This document shows, one piece after another, positions 27,463 through 37,827 of a stretch of DNA of 64,000 nucleotides. The stretch lies in contig JAZURI010000005.1 in assembly GCA_045606105.1 (NCBI GenBank), forward strand, positions 14,620 through 78,619. The letters are read 5' to 3'. The notes beneath the pieces are model-generated. The model did not search any database. It was not told where the DNA came from and was given only the letters and a program-made list of their open reading frames with translations. A program made the translations under genes and the position numbers. The stretch comes from Spirochaetia bacterium (lineage in GTDB: Bacteria; Spirochaetota; Spirochaetia; CADAEX01). Within the stretch, counting starts at the first letter, position 1; every line of letters begins with the position of its first letter.

Positions 27463-29290
27463 CTACGTCGAGAGCAGCCTGGATATTGCCGAAAGGGGGA
27501 CTTATCTGCACGCCTGAAACATAAGGTCTGATTTCAGCAAGAATTTCCCTTGCAATCATGACACCCTCTGCCTTGGCTGCCTCCTTGGATATTCCCTCTG
27601 CTTTTTCCATACGCCTGAGAATTGACTCCGGAATAGTTACACCCGGCACCTCGTTGTTCAGGAACATGGCATTTCTGTAGGAAACCAGAGGCCAAAGTCC
27701 GGCCAGCACAGGAAGTCCCGTATCCTTTATCCTTCCCAGGAACTCTATAAGATATCCGGCATCAAAAACCGGCTGTGTGATAAAGAAATCGGCTCCGGCC
27801 TGCTGCTTCAGGAATGCTCTCTCGATTTCCCTTTCTGGTACTGCCGCTACGGGATTCACTCCGGCGCCCACCACCAGGGATGTAGGAGAAGGAAGAGGAT
27901 TGCCTCCCAGATCCACTCCGCAGTTAAGTCTTTTTGCCAATGTGATGAGACCTACGGCATCCACATCAAATACCCCGGTAACATCAGGGTAATTACCAAC
28001 CTTAGGAGGATCTCCGGTGATTACCAGGACATTCCTCATGCCTGCTGCGTGGATTCCCAGCAGCTCTGCCTGCAGTCCGATAAGATTCTTGTCACGGCAG
28101 CATATATGGGGAATTACCTCAGCTCCGGTCTGTTTCATGACCTCGAGAGCAGTAATTGTTACCGACAGACGGGATGAAGCTCTCGGTCCGTCAGGAAAAT
28201 TGAAATATACAAGCCCTTTTTCTCTGGCCTGTCTTATTTTTTCTGTTATCTTGGTAAGATCACAACCCATAGGCGGTGTCATTTCCACGGTAGTGATCCA
28301 CTCTTTTTTACTTATTGCTTTGCCAAGAAGTGACCGCTGTGCAAGAGGAAGCTCTTCCTTTTTCTCGGTTTCTTCCTTGATCTGTTCTATCTTTCCTTTG
28401 GAAATGCCCCCAGAGAAGGAGACTGTCATGTGGGCCGCTTTCTTGATATGCTCCGGAGTGGTTCCGCAGCAACCGCCGATAACGGCAGCACCTGCTTCAA
28501 AGAACCGGAGTGCATAGTTTCCGAAATAGGCCGGAGAGGCAAGATAAAGGTTTCTGTCCTCAATCTTTCTCGGAAGGCCGGCATTTGGCATAACTGCCAC
28601 AGGCTTGTTTACCTTTCCTCTGATTGCCAGAAGGATATCAAGCATGTGCTCAGGACCTACGGCACAGTTGAAGCCGATAACATCAATCCTTTCGTCGGCA
28701 CAAAGCAGGTCTGCCGCATTAATGGCTTCTCCGCCGTACTCCTCCTGATTCAGAGGCCCCAGCGCCACCTGAGCCTGGATTGGAATTTCCGATGAGATTT
28801 TTACCGCAGCCTCCACTGCAAGGGAAAGCTCCTCCATATCCCTGAAGGTTTCAAAAACAAGAAGATCCACCCCCTCCTCAACCAGAGGTCTGATCTGCGC
28901 CTCAAAGGCTTCAACGGCCTCGGCACGGCTCACCTTTCCCATCGGGGCAATCCTTACCCCAAGCGGTCCTACGGAACCGGCAACATAGACATCGTCTCCT
29001 GCCGCCGCTTTGGCTATCCTGGCTGCCGCCCTGTTTATGGCATCGGTCTTTTCTTCTATCTGATATGTTTTAAGCTTGATGGGGTTTGCCCCGAAGCTGT
29101 TGGTCTCGATTACATGTGCACCGGCCGTGATATAGCTTCTGTGTATTTTTTCCACAAGTGCCGGATCTGTCAGACAAACTTCTTCGAAACATGTTGAAAT
29201 CTGGATTCCGTTTGAATAAAGCTCTGTCCCCATTGCGCCGTCAAAGATAACTATCCCCTCTCTGACCCGCTCAAGATAATTCTTTTTCAT
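27449..29290 (-). CDS. Bifunctional homocysteine S-methyltransferase / methylenetetrahydrofolate reductase (YitJ-like)
   Basis: DGAMGT, GGCCGTTPEHI, ITGDPP, FFITQPVFD. Confidence 0.92.
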   Translation of the reverse strand: MKKNYLERVREGIVIFDGAMGTELYSNGIQISTCFEEVCLTDPALVEKIHRSYITAGAHVIETNSFGANPIKLKTYQIEEKTDAINRAAARIAKAAAGDDVYVAGSVGPLGVRIAPMGKVSRAEAVEAFEAQIRPLVEEGVDLLVFETFRDMEELSLAVEAAVKISSEIPIQAQVALGPLNQEEYGGEAINAADLLCADERIDVIGFNCAVGPEHMLDILLAIRGKVNKPVAVMPNAGLPRKIEDRNLYLASPAYFGNYALRFFEAGAAVIGGCCGTTPEHIKKAAHMTVSFSGGISKGKIEQIKEETEKKEELPLAQRSLLGKAISKKEWITTVEMTPPMGCDLTKITEKIRQAREKGLVYFNFPDGPRASSRLSVTITALEVMKQTGAEVIPHICCRDKNLIGLQAELLGIHAAGMRNVLVITGDPPKVGNYPDVTGVFDVDAVGLITLAKRLNCGVDLGGNPLPSPTSLVVGAGVNPVAAVPEREIERAFLKQQAGADFFITQPVFDAGYLIEFLGRIKDTGLPVLAGLWPLVSYRNAMFLNNEVPGVTIPESILRRMEKAEGISKEAAKAEGVMIAREILAEIRPYVSGVQISPPFGNIQAALDVVSDL

Positions 29291-30027
29291 ACTTCCTCGG
29301 TTTTCTGATATCTGGAAATTACTGCGGCAAGATCAAATTTCTTTTCATAGAAGCCCTTTCCCGTAATGATTCCTCCTATTTTTCCCCTGCATCTGATATC
29401 TGAGGCTATGTTTCTGAAATCCTCTTCGCAGCTGATTCCCCCCGAAACGGTAACAGGAAGTCCTGAAGCCTCCGCTATGGCAAGAGTTCGCTCCAGATCG
29501 GGACCCGAAAGTGTTCCGTCCCTTACAATATTGGTATAGATGATTGAGCAGATACCGTTTTCTGCCGCAGCTCTGGCCAGGTCGGTATCAACGATTCCGC
29601 CCCCCTGCTGCCAGCCGGCAACCTTTACCTCTCCGTTGAGGGCATCGATTCCTGCAATGAATTTAGGGCCGAACTTTTCTGTCCATACAGCGGCACAGGT
29701 GGGATCCTTTGCAAAGACGGTTCCCAGGATAAGGTAATCTATCCCTATATCCGAAAGCTCACTGATATCAGAATCGGAACGGATACCGCCTCCCAGTTCC
29801 AATACGGCATCCACCTCTTTTCTGATAGATGAGATAACGTCCCTGTTGTTTTTTCCCCCTCTGGCTGCATCGAGATCCACAAGATGGATTCTCTCGGCAC
29901 CTGCCTCCACAAAGCTTTTTGCCACAGCAACGGGATCGTCGCTGTAGACTGTGACCTTTTCATAATCACCCTTATAGAGTCTTACACATTTTCCCCCAAG
30001 AAGGTCGATTGCCGGTATTATAAGCAT
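29287..30027 (-). CDS. hisA: ProFAR isomerase
   Basis: IIPAIDLLGGKCVRLYKG, HLVDLD, GGGIR, RDGTLSGP. Confidence 0.95.
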   Translation of the reverse strand: MLIIPAIDLLGGKCVRLYKGDYEKVTVYSDDPVAVAKSFVEAGAERIHLVDLDAARGGKNNRDVISSIRKEVDAVLELGGGIRSDSDISELSDIGIDYLILGTVFAKDPTCAAVWTEKFGPKFIAGIDALNGEVKVAGWQQGGGIVDTDLARAAAENGICSIIYTNIVRDGTLSGPDLERTLAIAEASGLPVTVSGGISCEEDFRNIASDIRCRGKIGGIITGKGFYEKKFDLAAVISRYQKTEEV

Positions 30028-31730
30028 CAGTTTCCTACTTTATAGCGCTTGATTTTCTTTGTGGAAGATTCCTCAAAAGGCTTATCCACGGCACGTACGC
30101 GTGTAATTTTCATATAGTTCTGGAGCATCTTATTCACGTTGCTGACAATTTCCTCAAGCTTTTTCTGGATAAGCTCAGGATCGTTGGTCTTGCGGAGATC
30201 CTCTGACGGATAGATAAGGGCTTCGATTTCTTCGCCGTCCTGATGCTTTCCGTTTTCGTTTATATAGCCTCTGACCAGAATCTGCTCGATTTCAGGATAG
30301 AGCTGGAATCTGTCTTCGATTTCTTCAGGGAAAACATTCTTTCCGCCGGCAGTAACAATGATATTTTTCTTGCGGCCTGTAAGGTAAAGATAGTTCTCCT
30401 TGTCCACATATCCCATGTCTCCGGTGTAGAAGAAGCCCTGGTTGTCCATTACTTCGTCGGTTGCAGCCTGGTTCTTGTAATAACCCTGCATAACCACAGG
30501 TCCCTTGAATGCGATTTCTCCCCTGCCGTCCTTGTCGGGAGCCACGATCTTCACCTGAATGTCAGGAAGCACCTTTCCTACAGACTTGATCTTGAAGCGG
30601 TAGATAGGGTTGAGGGCAACGATAGGTGATGTCTCTGTAAGCCCGTATCCCTGTACAAAGTCCAGACCCAGCTGGTTGTACATCTTGAATGTGCTCGGTG
30701 GAAGAGGTCCGCCGCCGCTGATACAGATTCTGTTGTCGAGAAGAGATACCTTTTCCAGGATAAGCTTTCCGAAGAGTTTCTTTCCGATCTTGATTCCGAA
30801 ACAGCTCTTGAGGAATCCGCTGATGGCCATAAGAGTCTTTACGATTCCGTATGTGACGATTCCCTTGGCACGAACCCCTTTCATGATCTGAGCCAGGAGC
30901 TTGTTGAAAAGCATAGGAACACCGAGGAATATGGTAACCTTTCCGTCCCTGAGATCTGCAAGCATTTCCTTGATAACCAGACGCTTTGCGAAAACTACCT
31001 CGGCACTCTGGGCAAGACCTACGATGATAACAGCCTGCATTGTGTATGCGTGGTGTACCGGAAGAAGGGCATAGAATACGTCTGTATGATAGATCTGCAT
31101 GTGCATCTGTGCCAGGAAACAGTCGTTGATAAGGTTGTAATGTGAAAGCATGACCCCTTTAGGTGTGCCTGTTGTTCCCGATGTATAAAGGATGGCTGCT
31201 GTTTCATGAACATCTACCTTTACCGGCTTTTCCAGAGGTGTATCTTTGAGAGCAAGCACATAGTCAGGATTTTTGTCTGTAAGAGAATATACAGGAGTGC
31301 CTTCAGGAAGGCTTTTTGCCAGATCACTGTATTTTTCTTCATCCAGGATAGCTGCCGCAGGTTCGCTGAAATTGATAAGGTTCTTCAGTTCCTCGACATG
31401 AAGTGAATAATCAAGAGGAACAATGATGGCTCCGGCAGTTGCAATGGCATAGTAACCTACTGCCCATTCAGGGGAGTTCTTTCCAGTGAGAATAACATGA
31501 TCCCCTTTCTTTACCCCTTTTGCCACAAGTGATGCCGCAAGAGTAAGAATCTTTTCCCTTGTCTCCCTGAAAGACATATTGAAAAGAACCGGATTATAAG
31601 TAGACAGACACTTCTTGTCAGGATATCTGGCTGCCGCAATCTGGAACATTTCGGCAAGTGTTGGAACTTCACCGTCAAAAAGCTTTCCCTTAAACTCTTC
31701 CAGAAACTGAAATGTTCTGTGTTTATACAT
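30027..31730 (-). CDS. Long-chain fatty acid--CoA ligase (AMP-binding)
   Basis: YTSGTTGTPKGVMLSH, QGYGLTETSP, FYTGDMG, GRKKNII. Confidence 0.9.
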   Translation of the reverse strand: MYKHRTFQFLEEFKGKLFDGEVPTLAEMFQIAAARYPDKKCLSTYNPVLFNMSFRETREKILTLAASLVAKGVKKGDHVILTGKNSPEWAVGYYAIATAGAIIVPLDYSLHVEELKNLINFSEPAAAILDEEKYSDLAKSLPEGTPVYSLTDKNPDYVLALKDTPLEKPVKVDVHETAAILYTSGTTGTPKGVMLSHYNLINDCFLAQMHMQIYHTDVFYALLPVHHAYTMQAVIIVGLAQSAEVVFAKRLVIKEMLADLRDGKVTIFLGVPMLFNKLLAQIMKGVRAKGIVTYGIVKTLMAISGFLKSCFGIKIGKKLFGKLILEKVSLLDNRICISGGGPLPPSTFKMYNQLGLDFVQGYGLTETSPIVALNPIYRFKIKSVGKVLPDIQVKIVAPDKDGRGEIAFKGPVVMQGYYKNQAATDEVMDNQGFFYTGDMGYVDKENYLYLTGRKKNIIVTAGGKNVFPEEIEDRFQLYPEIEQILVRGYINENGKHQDGEEIEALIYPSEDLRKTNDPELIQKKLEEIVSNVNKMLQNYMKITRVRAVDKPFEESSTKKIKRYKVGN

Positions 31731-31807
31731 TAAATACTCCTATATTCTTAACATTTTATGTTATACTGAATAAAATAGCAAGGATATTATATCATAAAAG
31801 AGCCGGA

Positions 31808-33043
31808 ATGACAAACATACATTTTTCTGAAACATTAATCATCGGCGGGGGACCTGCAGGTCTCTTCTGTGCCCTCCGTCTTGCCGAGGCCGGTATTCCG
31901 GTGCGGCTGCTTGACCGGATGGAAAAACCGGGAAAAAAATTTGTCCTGGCCGGTCTTTCGGGAGGTCTGAATATCACAAACAGCGCCGCTCCCGGAGTAT
32001 TTGAAAAAAAATATTTTGAAAACAGCTCTCTGTTCAGGTCTCTTCTTGCAGGCTTTTCTCCGGAGGATACGATACATTGGTACAGAGAAATGGGCTCCGG
32101 CTCCTTCCGGGGAAACGGGGGAAAGATTTTTGCGGATAAGCCGGCCCATGAAATTCTGGATAACTGGCTCAGAAGGCTGGAGCACACCGGCCTGTACAGT
32201 TTTTCCGGAGGATACGAATTTACCGGATTTGATATGGTTGACGGCAAACCGGTTCTCCTTTTCAGGCATAACGGAAAAACAGAATGTATCGGATATGATA
32301 CTGCAGTTTTTGCCTTGGGAGGGGGCAGCAGAAGCAGGACAGGCTCCGACGGCAGCTGGCAGAAACCCTTTTCCGATGCGGGAATCAATGTAAAACCTCT
32401 GTCGCCGGCAAACTGCGGGGTCTGTGTCTCATGGTCTGAAATCTTCAGGGAAAAAATCAGGGAGACAAAGGAGAGTGCGGAAATAATTTTCAGCACCGGA
32501 GATACACGCTCCGAGGGAGAGGCCGTGTTTACGGAATACGGAATCGAAGGGAGCGGAATCTATTCTCTCATACACAGGATACGGGAAGAGCTGGGGACAA
32601 AAGGAAGCTGTACCGTTACTGCCGATATTCTTCCGGGGCTGTCGGATGATAAAATAAGAGAACGTCTTTCACGGCCGCGGGGGAAGAGTTCCCTCTCCAA
32701 TTACCTAAGAAAAAATCTCCGTCTTTCGGGAATAAAATATATGCTGCTGAGAGAACTGGTTCCGGCGGAGAAGCTTTCGGCTCCGGAAACCGATCCTTCC
32801 GTTTTCAGGAATCTTGAAATAAGGATTGACGGTTTCAGACCGCTGGAGGAGGCCATTTCCTCTGCCGGTGGGGTAGCCTTTGAGGAGCTGGATGAAAATC
32901 TCATGCTCCGAAAGCTTCCGGGTGTTCATGTAATAGGAGAAATGGCCGACTGGGAGGCTCCTACCGGTGGATATCTGCTTCAGGGCTGCTTTTCCATGGC
33001 ACACCATGTATCCCGATTCATCATAATGAAATGTAAGACTTAA
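31808..33043 (+). CDS. HI0933/BaiN-like flavoprotein; likely start 31808
   Basis: IIGGGPAG, GGLNITN, ALGGGS, EAISSAGGV, GEMADWEAPTGGYLLQ. Confidence 0.88.
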   Translation: MTNIHFSETLIIGGGPAGLFCALRLAEAGIPVRLLDRMEKPGKKFVLAGLSGGLNITNSAAPGVFEKKYFENSSLFRSLLAGFSPEDTIHWYREMGSGSFRGNGGKIFADKPAHEILDNWLRRLEHTGLYSFSGGYEFTGFDMVDGKPVLLFRHNGKTECIGYDTAVFALGGGSRSRTGSDGSWQKPFSDAGINVKPLSPANCGVCVSWSEIFREKIRETKESAEIIFSTGDTRSEGEAVFTEYGIEGSGIYSLIHRIREELGTKGSCTVTADILPGLSDDKIRERLSRPRGKSSLSNYLRKNLRLSGIKYMLLRELVPAEKLSAPETDPSVFRNLEIRIDGFRPLEEAISSAGGVAFEELDENLMLRKLPGVHVIGEMADWEAPTGGYLLQGCFSMAHHVSRFIIMKCKT

Positions 33044-33075
33044 CTTTTTTTAAAAACACTAGTATATTTTTATCA

Positions 33076-34248
33076 ATGAAGGTATTCGGAATCTTTTTTC
33101 TTATCCTTTTCCTATCTGTCTCTTTAGTCCATGCCGGAGAACAGGAGCCGGAGGTATATATCATTACCGTTCTTCCGGGAGATCCTATCCATACAGCCTT
33201 CGGTCATTCTGCCATAAGAATCGACAACAGGATTTACAATTACGGAACCTTCAGCTTTCATGAACCCGGCTTCCTTGCCAATTTTGTCAAGGGAAAGATG
33301 CAGTACTATCTCGGAGTCAGCAGATATGACCGGGAGCTGGTGCGCTACATTCACAGGGAAAACCGTTCAATCTACGAGCAGAGGCTGGATCTGACCGCCG
33401 AGGAAATAGCAGAGCTGAAAAAATTTCTCAAAAACAATGCAAAAAAGGAAAACCGGCATTACGACTATGAATTCATTAAGGATAACTGCTCCTCAAGAAT
33501 CAGGGATGTCCTGAATAATGTCCTGGGAGACGGGATTGAGTTTGACAGCGGGATTACCGAACAGATATGCGATAAAAGCTACAGGGATTACATAAGGAGT
33601 TATCTGGGAAACCATCCCTGGTTTGATACCGGAATACAGTTTACTCTGGGAATGGTGGCCGACAGAAAGGTTTCCCCTGAGGATGCCTTCTTTCTTCCGG
33701 AGCTTGTACAGGCCCAGTTTGAAGGCTGCAGCCGGATTGCAGATTCAGGATTTACATACGAGGCTGTAATTCCGCCCGGTCTCGTGAAGGAAAATGTTCC
33801 CGACTATCCGTTTATCCTTTTTTCACTGCTTGCGGCGGTAGAAATACTGCTGATTGTCTTTTCGTTTTTCAGGAAAGGCTTCGGAAGGGTGCTCCGGATT
33901 TATGAGGGAACTGCAGTTTTTGTCAATTTCCTTGCGGGACTGCTGATTTTTTATCTGATGTTCTTCTCTGCCCATTTTGCAGTAAAGGGCAATATGCATA
34001 TCCTGTGGCTTTCGCCGATAAGCCTGATTCTTCTGGTGCTGATGATTTCAGGAAACTTCAGGATGGCAAAGGTTGTTGCCGTGCTTCAGATTGTCTCTGC
34101 GGTGACCTCCGCCGCGATTTTCTCCATAGGACTGCAGGAAACCTGCCGGGCTTTTTACCCGGCGGTAATACTCTATCTTATAATCTATGTCAGAACCTTA
34201 TTTGCCGGAGCTGAAATCAAGATAGTAAGTAAAACTTCCGATTCCTGA
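33076..34248 (+). CDS. DUF4105 (Lnb-like) membrane protein
   Basis: FGHSAIR, YNYGTF, Y.Y.FIKDNCSSRIRD; several C-terminal TM helices. Confidence 0.82.
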   Translation: MKVFGIFFLILFLSVSLVHAGEQEPEVYIITVLPGDPIHTAFGHSAIRIDNRIYNYGTFSFHEPGFLANFVKGKMQYYLGVSRYDRELVRYIHRENRSIYEQRLDLTAEEIAELKKFLKNNAKKENRHYDYEFIKDNCSSRIRDVLNNVLGDGIEFDSGITEQICDKSYRDYIRSYLGNHPWFDTGIQFTLGMVADRKVSPEDAFFLPELVQAQFEGCSRIADSGFTYEAVIPPGLVKENVPDYPFILFSLLAAVEILLIVFSFFRKGFGRVLRIYEGTAVFVNFLAGLLIFYLMFFSAHFAVKGNMHILWLSPISLILLVLMISGNFRMAKVVAVLQIVSAVTSAAIFSIGLQETCRAFYPAVILYLIIYVRTLFAGAEIKIVSKTSDS

Positions 34249-35802
34249 CTCCTCATCAAAGGTTATGTTATCAATGACAACTCCTGAAATTCCGGTTTTT
34301 GATTCAAGACTGTAGCTTGTGTAATAATTGGTATTTGCCACAAAAGTGTTAACAGACCTGCCGCCGGAAAGGGAACAGGAGGCAAACAGCATGGCCGCCG
34401 CAGCCACGGTCAGGAACAGGGATTGTATTCTTCCTTTTCTCCTGAACAGGCTTACTGCCATAAGCATAAGACTTCCGGCAAAAACATATACCAGAGAAGA
34501 GGGACCGATCCCGGTTCTTGTGGTTTCCCTGAACAACATCTGAGGGTTTGGGATTTTTTTCCACAGTGAACCCCAGCTTCCTGTATAGTCAAAGGCAGGT
34601 TCATATACTCCGGAGCAGGCCTCCAGCACATCGACTCCGTGGATTTTATCGCTTCCGGCATTGACCCGGTTCATTGACGGCAGCATGACATATCTTCCCT
34701 CAAATATCTGTGTAATCAACAGACCGCTTTCGGGAACATACATTCCGGTATTGTCAGCCTTGCGTTTCTTTCCCTCCAGAATCAGATACTGGCTGCCGTT
34801 ATCTGTCAGGTCAATCCTGTAGGCTTCATATAAAGGGTCCTCTATATCGCTGCGGAAGGTTACGGTCTGAGGGGTACTTGTCGGCTCCAGAAGAACAGGT
34901 GTAAGCCACCCCAGCTTGTATCTTTCTACGGCAAGAAAAGGAGCGGGATCACATTCCATACGGTGGCTGCCATAAACGCCGCTTCCCATGATGCTCCAGT
35001 TTCCTACACCCCATGTCTCATAGTCAACATCATAAGTATCGGGAAGCCCCAGAACATGGCCGAACTCATGGCAGGCTGTACCTATTGTGGATTCATCGTT
35101 TTTAGGCGTATTCTCTGATTGGATTGTGTATTCGTTGAAGTTATGATATGTAGTACCGGAAATCGGCTCATTTATAGAGGCAAGTGCATTTTTGAGATTC
35201 CATTGATGAGCCCATATTTCGTTCTCGTTTCCGGAGGTTTCCTCGCCGTAACCGGCAAAAAATATCAGGAGCACATCCACACCGTCGGTTCCGTCACTGT
35301 CAAACTTGTTGAAATAGGCAGCCCCTTTCTCTGTCACCATGTCATCAACAGTCTTCTTTACAAGATACCCTATATTTGTATCGATACCACCATCCTCATT
35401 GGCTCCGTAATAATCAATCTCCTCAGGCATTGTATAAGGGCCGAATATTTCAAATTCGAGATTAAGGGTGCCGTTGGACATGATGTCGTAATAGCCGGTC
35501 ATTGTCAGACTTGCGGTATCAGACTGAAGCATCTTCTTGTAATAATCCTTGTCATGCTCGGCCTTGAAGTGTCTGTAGCGAAAATCAACCAGAACCACAG
35601 GAATATATTTGGTTCCGGATGAGGATACCTTGAAATTCCGGCTGTCTGTCGGGGCCGAACCGCTCAGAAACGGGGATTTTTTCGGTTTTGACATGTCGTA
35701 GGACTTGAGACTTCCGTCTATTCCCTCGTAATTAATAGGAGGCTTTGCGAACAGAGCTGTAGTCAAGGTCAGCAGAAAAAGTACGGCGATAAATCTTTTC
35801 AT
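34198..35802 (-). CDS. M6 family (immune inhibitor A-like) metalloprotease with signal peptide
   Basis: VVLVDF, IWAHQW, CHEFGHVLGLPDTYD, WSIMGSG, LGWL. Confidence 0.88.
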   Translation of the reverse strand: MKRFIAVLFLLTLTTALFAKPPINYEGIDGSLKSYDMSKPKKSPFLSGSAPTDSRNFKVSSSGTKYIPVVLVDFRYRHFKAEHDKDYYKKMLQSDTASLTMTGYYDIMSNGTLNLEFEIFGPYTMPEEIDYYGANEDGGIDTNIGYLVKKTVDDMVTEKGAAYFNKFDSDGTDGVDVLLIFFAGYGEETSGNENEIWAHQWNLKNALASINEPISGTTYHNFNEYTIQSENTPKNDESTIGTACHEFGHVLGLPDTYDVDYETWGVGNWSIMGSGVYGSHRMECDPAPFLAVERYKLGWLTPVLLEPTSTPQTVTFRSDIEDPLYEAYRIDLTDNGSQYLILEGKKRKADNTGMYVPESGLLITQIFEGRYVMLPSMNRVNAGSDKIHGVDVLEACSGVYEPAFDYTGSWGSLWKKIPNPQMLFRETTRTGIGPSSLVYVFAGSLMLMAVSLFRRKGRIQSLFLTVAAAAMLFASCSLSGGRSVNTFVANTNYYTSYSLESKTGISGVVIDNITFDEESGIGSFTYYLDFSSGK

Positions 35803-36281
35803 TCTCTTGAATCTCTCTCAAGCACCGAAAATTCCAGAACCTTCAGTACAAAATTATATCCGGACGGAGCTACTCCTGCCTTTACATTGGGATTGTATAT
35901 CCTGGCAAGATAATTGATATAACCGTATTCCTCATCATACTTGAACATATACAGCATGGGAGAATCCTTCTTGTTGGCCTTCACATATTTCCTTGCATCC
36001 TCAAAAAGCCCGTCTACGGTAAACCCCTCGAGAAAGTCCCTGTTGTCCGTGGTTCCTGCCAGCTCTCCGTCAATTACCGTTATTTCGTAAATCTGTCCGA
36101 TATTGTTGCTGTAGGAATATTCGATTTTCATGGAATAATCCCGGATTTCGTGGTTTTTCCATTTGATGATATTGTCGGTAAGAATCTTTGAATCGCTTCT
36201 TTTAAGCTCCCGGTTTCCCAGTGAAAAACAGAGAGGGGCGGCAACTGTCAGAAGAAAAAGGACAATAAGGGCTCTTTTCAT
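35799..36281 (-). CDS. Secreted hypothetical protein (DUF6174-like)
   Basis: Signal peptide; W...I.DYS, TVDGLF and YDEEYGY patterns. Confidence 0.6.
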   Translation of the reverse strand: MKRALIVLFLLTVAAPLCFSLGNRELKRSDSKILTDNIIKWKNHEIRDYSMKIEYSYSNNIGQIYEITVIDGELAGTTDNRDFLEGFTVDGLFEDARKYVKANKKDSPMLYMFKYDEEYGYINYLARIYNPNVKAGVAPSGYNFVLKVLEFSVLERDSRE

Positions 36282-37090
36282 CCGAGACCCTCCTCTGAAA
36301 GCTCATCCAGAAGCACTGCCCGGTATTCAGGTATGGATGCGGCATATCTGATTATGGCACGCAGGTATCCCTCCGGAGTTCCGGTATCAAGCCTCTCCCC
36401 TTCAATAACGGTATATACCATCTTATTCATGTCCATAAGCTTCTTCAGGGCATAGACATGGAAATATTCTCCCTTTGCATTCTCCCGGCAGTGCTTTTTC
36501 CAGCCCTCCTCCAGATATGTGAAGATTTCCGGGGTAAAAAGATATCTTCCGATGGAAACCTCCTTGCTGGGTTCCGTACCAGGGGCCGGCTTTTCAACGA
36601 TATCCTCCACATGGAGACCGTCTGCCGACGGCTTTATCACACCGTATCTTTCAAGATGAGGCGGATTATGGAGGGCTGACATTACGGAGCAGCCTGTCTC
36701 CTCATACTTTTTTATGAGCTGGGCTGCCAGAGGAACGGCACCCATGTGCAGATCGTCGGGATAGGCCACAACAAAAGGCTCGTTGCCCACAAAGGCCTTT
36801 ACCTGCAGCAGAGCATGCCCGGTTCCCTTCATTTCGGTCTGGCGCTTGAAGAAGATGTCGGCCTTTGAAGCCCCCACTCCCAGCTCTATTTCCCGGTCGA
36901 AGTAGTCGTCCAGAGCCTTTTTTCTCCTGGAGGTAAGGATAAGAATCTCATTTATGCCCGAAGCAAGAAATTCATCAACTATAAAATCTATACATGGCTT
37001 ATTGATAACAGGAAGCATTTCCTTCGGAACTGTCTTGGTAACAGGAAGGAAACGGGTGCCGTAACCGGCTGCGATAATTACACCTTTCAT
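36278..37090 (-). CDS. galU: UTP--glucose-1-phosphate uridylyltransferase
   Basis: AAGYGTRFLPVTKTVPKEMLP, GTGHA, VEKP, IGRY. Confidence 0.88.
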   Translation of the reverse strand: MKGVIIAAGYGTRFLPVTKTVPKEMLPVINKPCIDFIVDEFLASGINEILILTSRRKKALDDYFDREIELGVGASKADIFFKRQTEMKGTGHALLQVKAFVGNEPFVVAYPDDLHMGAVPLAAQLIKKYEETGCSVMSALHNPPHLERYGVIKPSADGLHVEDIVEKPAPGTEPSKEVSIGRYLFTPEIFTYLEEGWKKHCRENAKGEYFHVYALKKLMDMNKMVYTVIEGERLDTGTPEGYLRAIIRYAASIPEYRAVLLDELSEEGLG

Positions 37091-37128
37091 AATTCAATTA
37101 TGCTATCTAAACGGAAAAAAAACAAGAC

Positions 37129-37157
37129 TTGCAGAAAAAACTTCAAGCTATTATAAT
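37129..37157 (+). promoter_or_regulatory. Sigma70 promoter of the HAD gene
   Basis: TTGCAG-N17-TATAAT, with ATG 7 nt downstream. Confidence 0.75.
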
Positions 37158-37164
37158 CCTTATT

Positions 37165-37827
37165 ATGGATGAAAGAATAGGCGCAGAAATTTTTGATGTG
37201 GACCATACCATCACAAAGAATATCACGGCATTAAGCTACCTCTGCCTGCTGGTGAAGAAAAAGGTTTTTTCGGTAACCATTCTCAGGCATATTCCCTATA
37301 TCTGTATAAACTACAAGTTCGGAAGAATGGCTGACAAACATTTTGACAGGCGTATAGAAGAGCTGGACGGAGTAAACAGAAAATTTCTGGAGGATGCCGC
37401 AGAAGAGAATTTCCGCAACATGCTTAAAAAGGAATCCATCTATGCCGAAGCAGGCCGCTATATCGAACATCTGAAAAGCAACAACAAGAAAATAATCCTG
37501 GCTACCTCCTCCCTGGACACAATAGTCAAGCCCCTGGCCGATTATCTGGGAGTAGATACCATCATAGCCACCAGGTTTGCCTACGACGGAGACAGATGCC
37601 TGGGTGTATTTGACGGAAAGCCAGCCTTCAGGGATGAAAAAAGAAGAAGAGTAATGGAATATGTCAAGGAAAACAACATTGACCTGGCCAGTTCATCCTT
37701 CTATTCCGACAGTATCCATGATGCCCCTCTTTTCAACGAGGTAGGAAACCCGGTAGCTGTCAATCCGGATATAAGACTTGCTTTCCATGCCAGAAAGAAC
37801 GGCTGGCCGATCCTCAAGTTCAGATAG
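37165..37827 (+). CDS. HAD-IB family hydrolase; likely start 37165
   Basis: FDVDHT, ATSS, FYSDSIHDAPL..VGNPVAVNPD. Confidence 0.88.
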   Translation: MDERIGAEIFDVDHTITKNITALSYLCLLVKKKVFSVTILRHIPYICINYKFGRMADKHFDRRIEELDGVNRKFLEDAAEENFRNMLKKESIYAEAGRYIEHLKSNNKKIILATSSLDTIVKPLADYLGVDTIIATRFAYDGDRCLGVFDGKPAFRDEKRRRVMEYVKENNIDLASSSFYSDSIHDAPLFNEVGNPVAVNPDIRLAFHARKNGWPILKFR

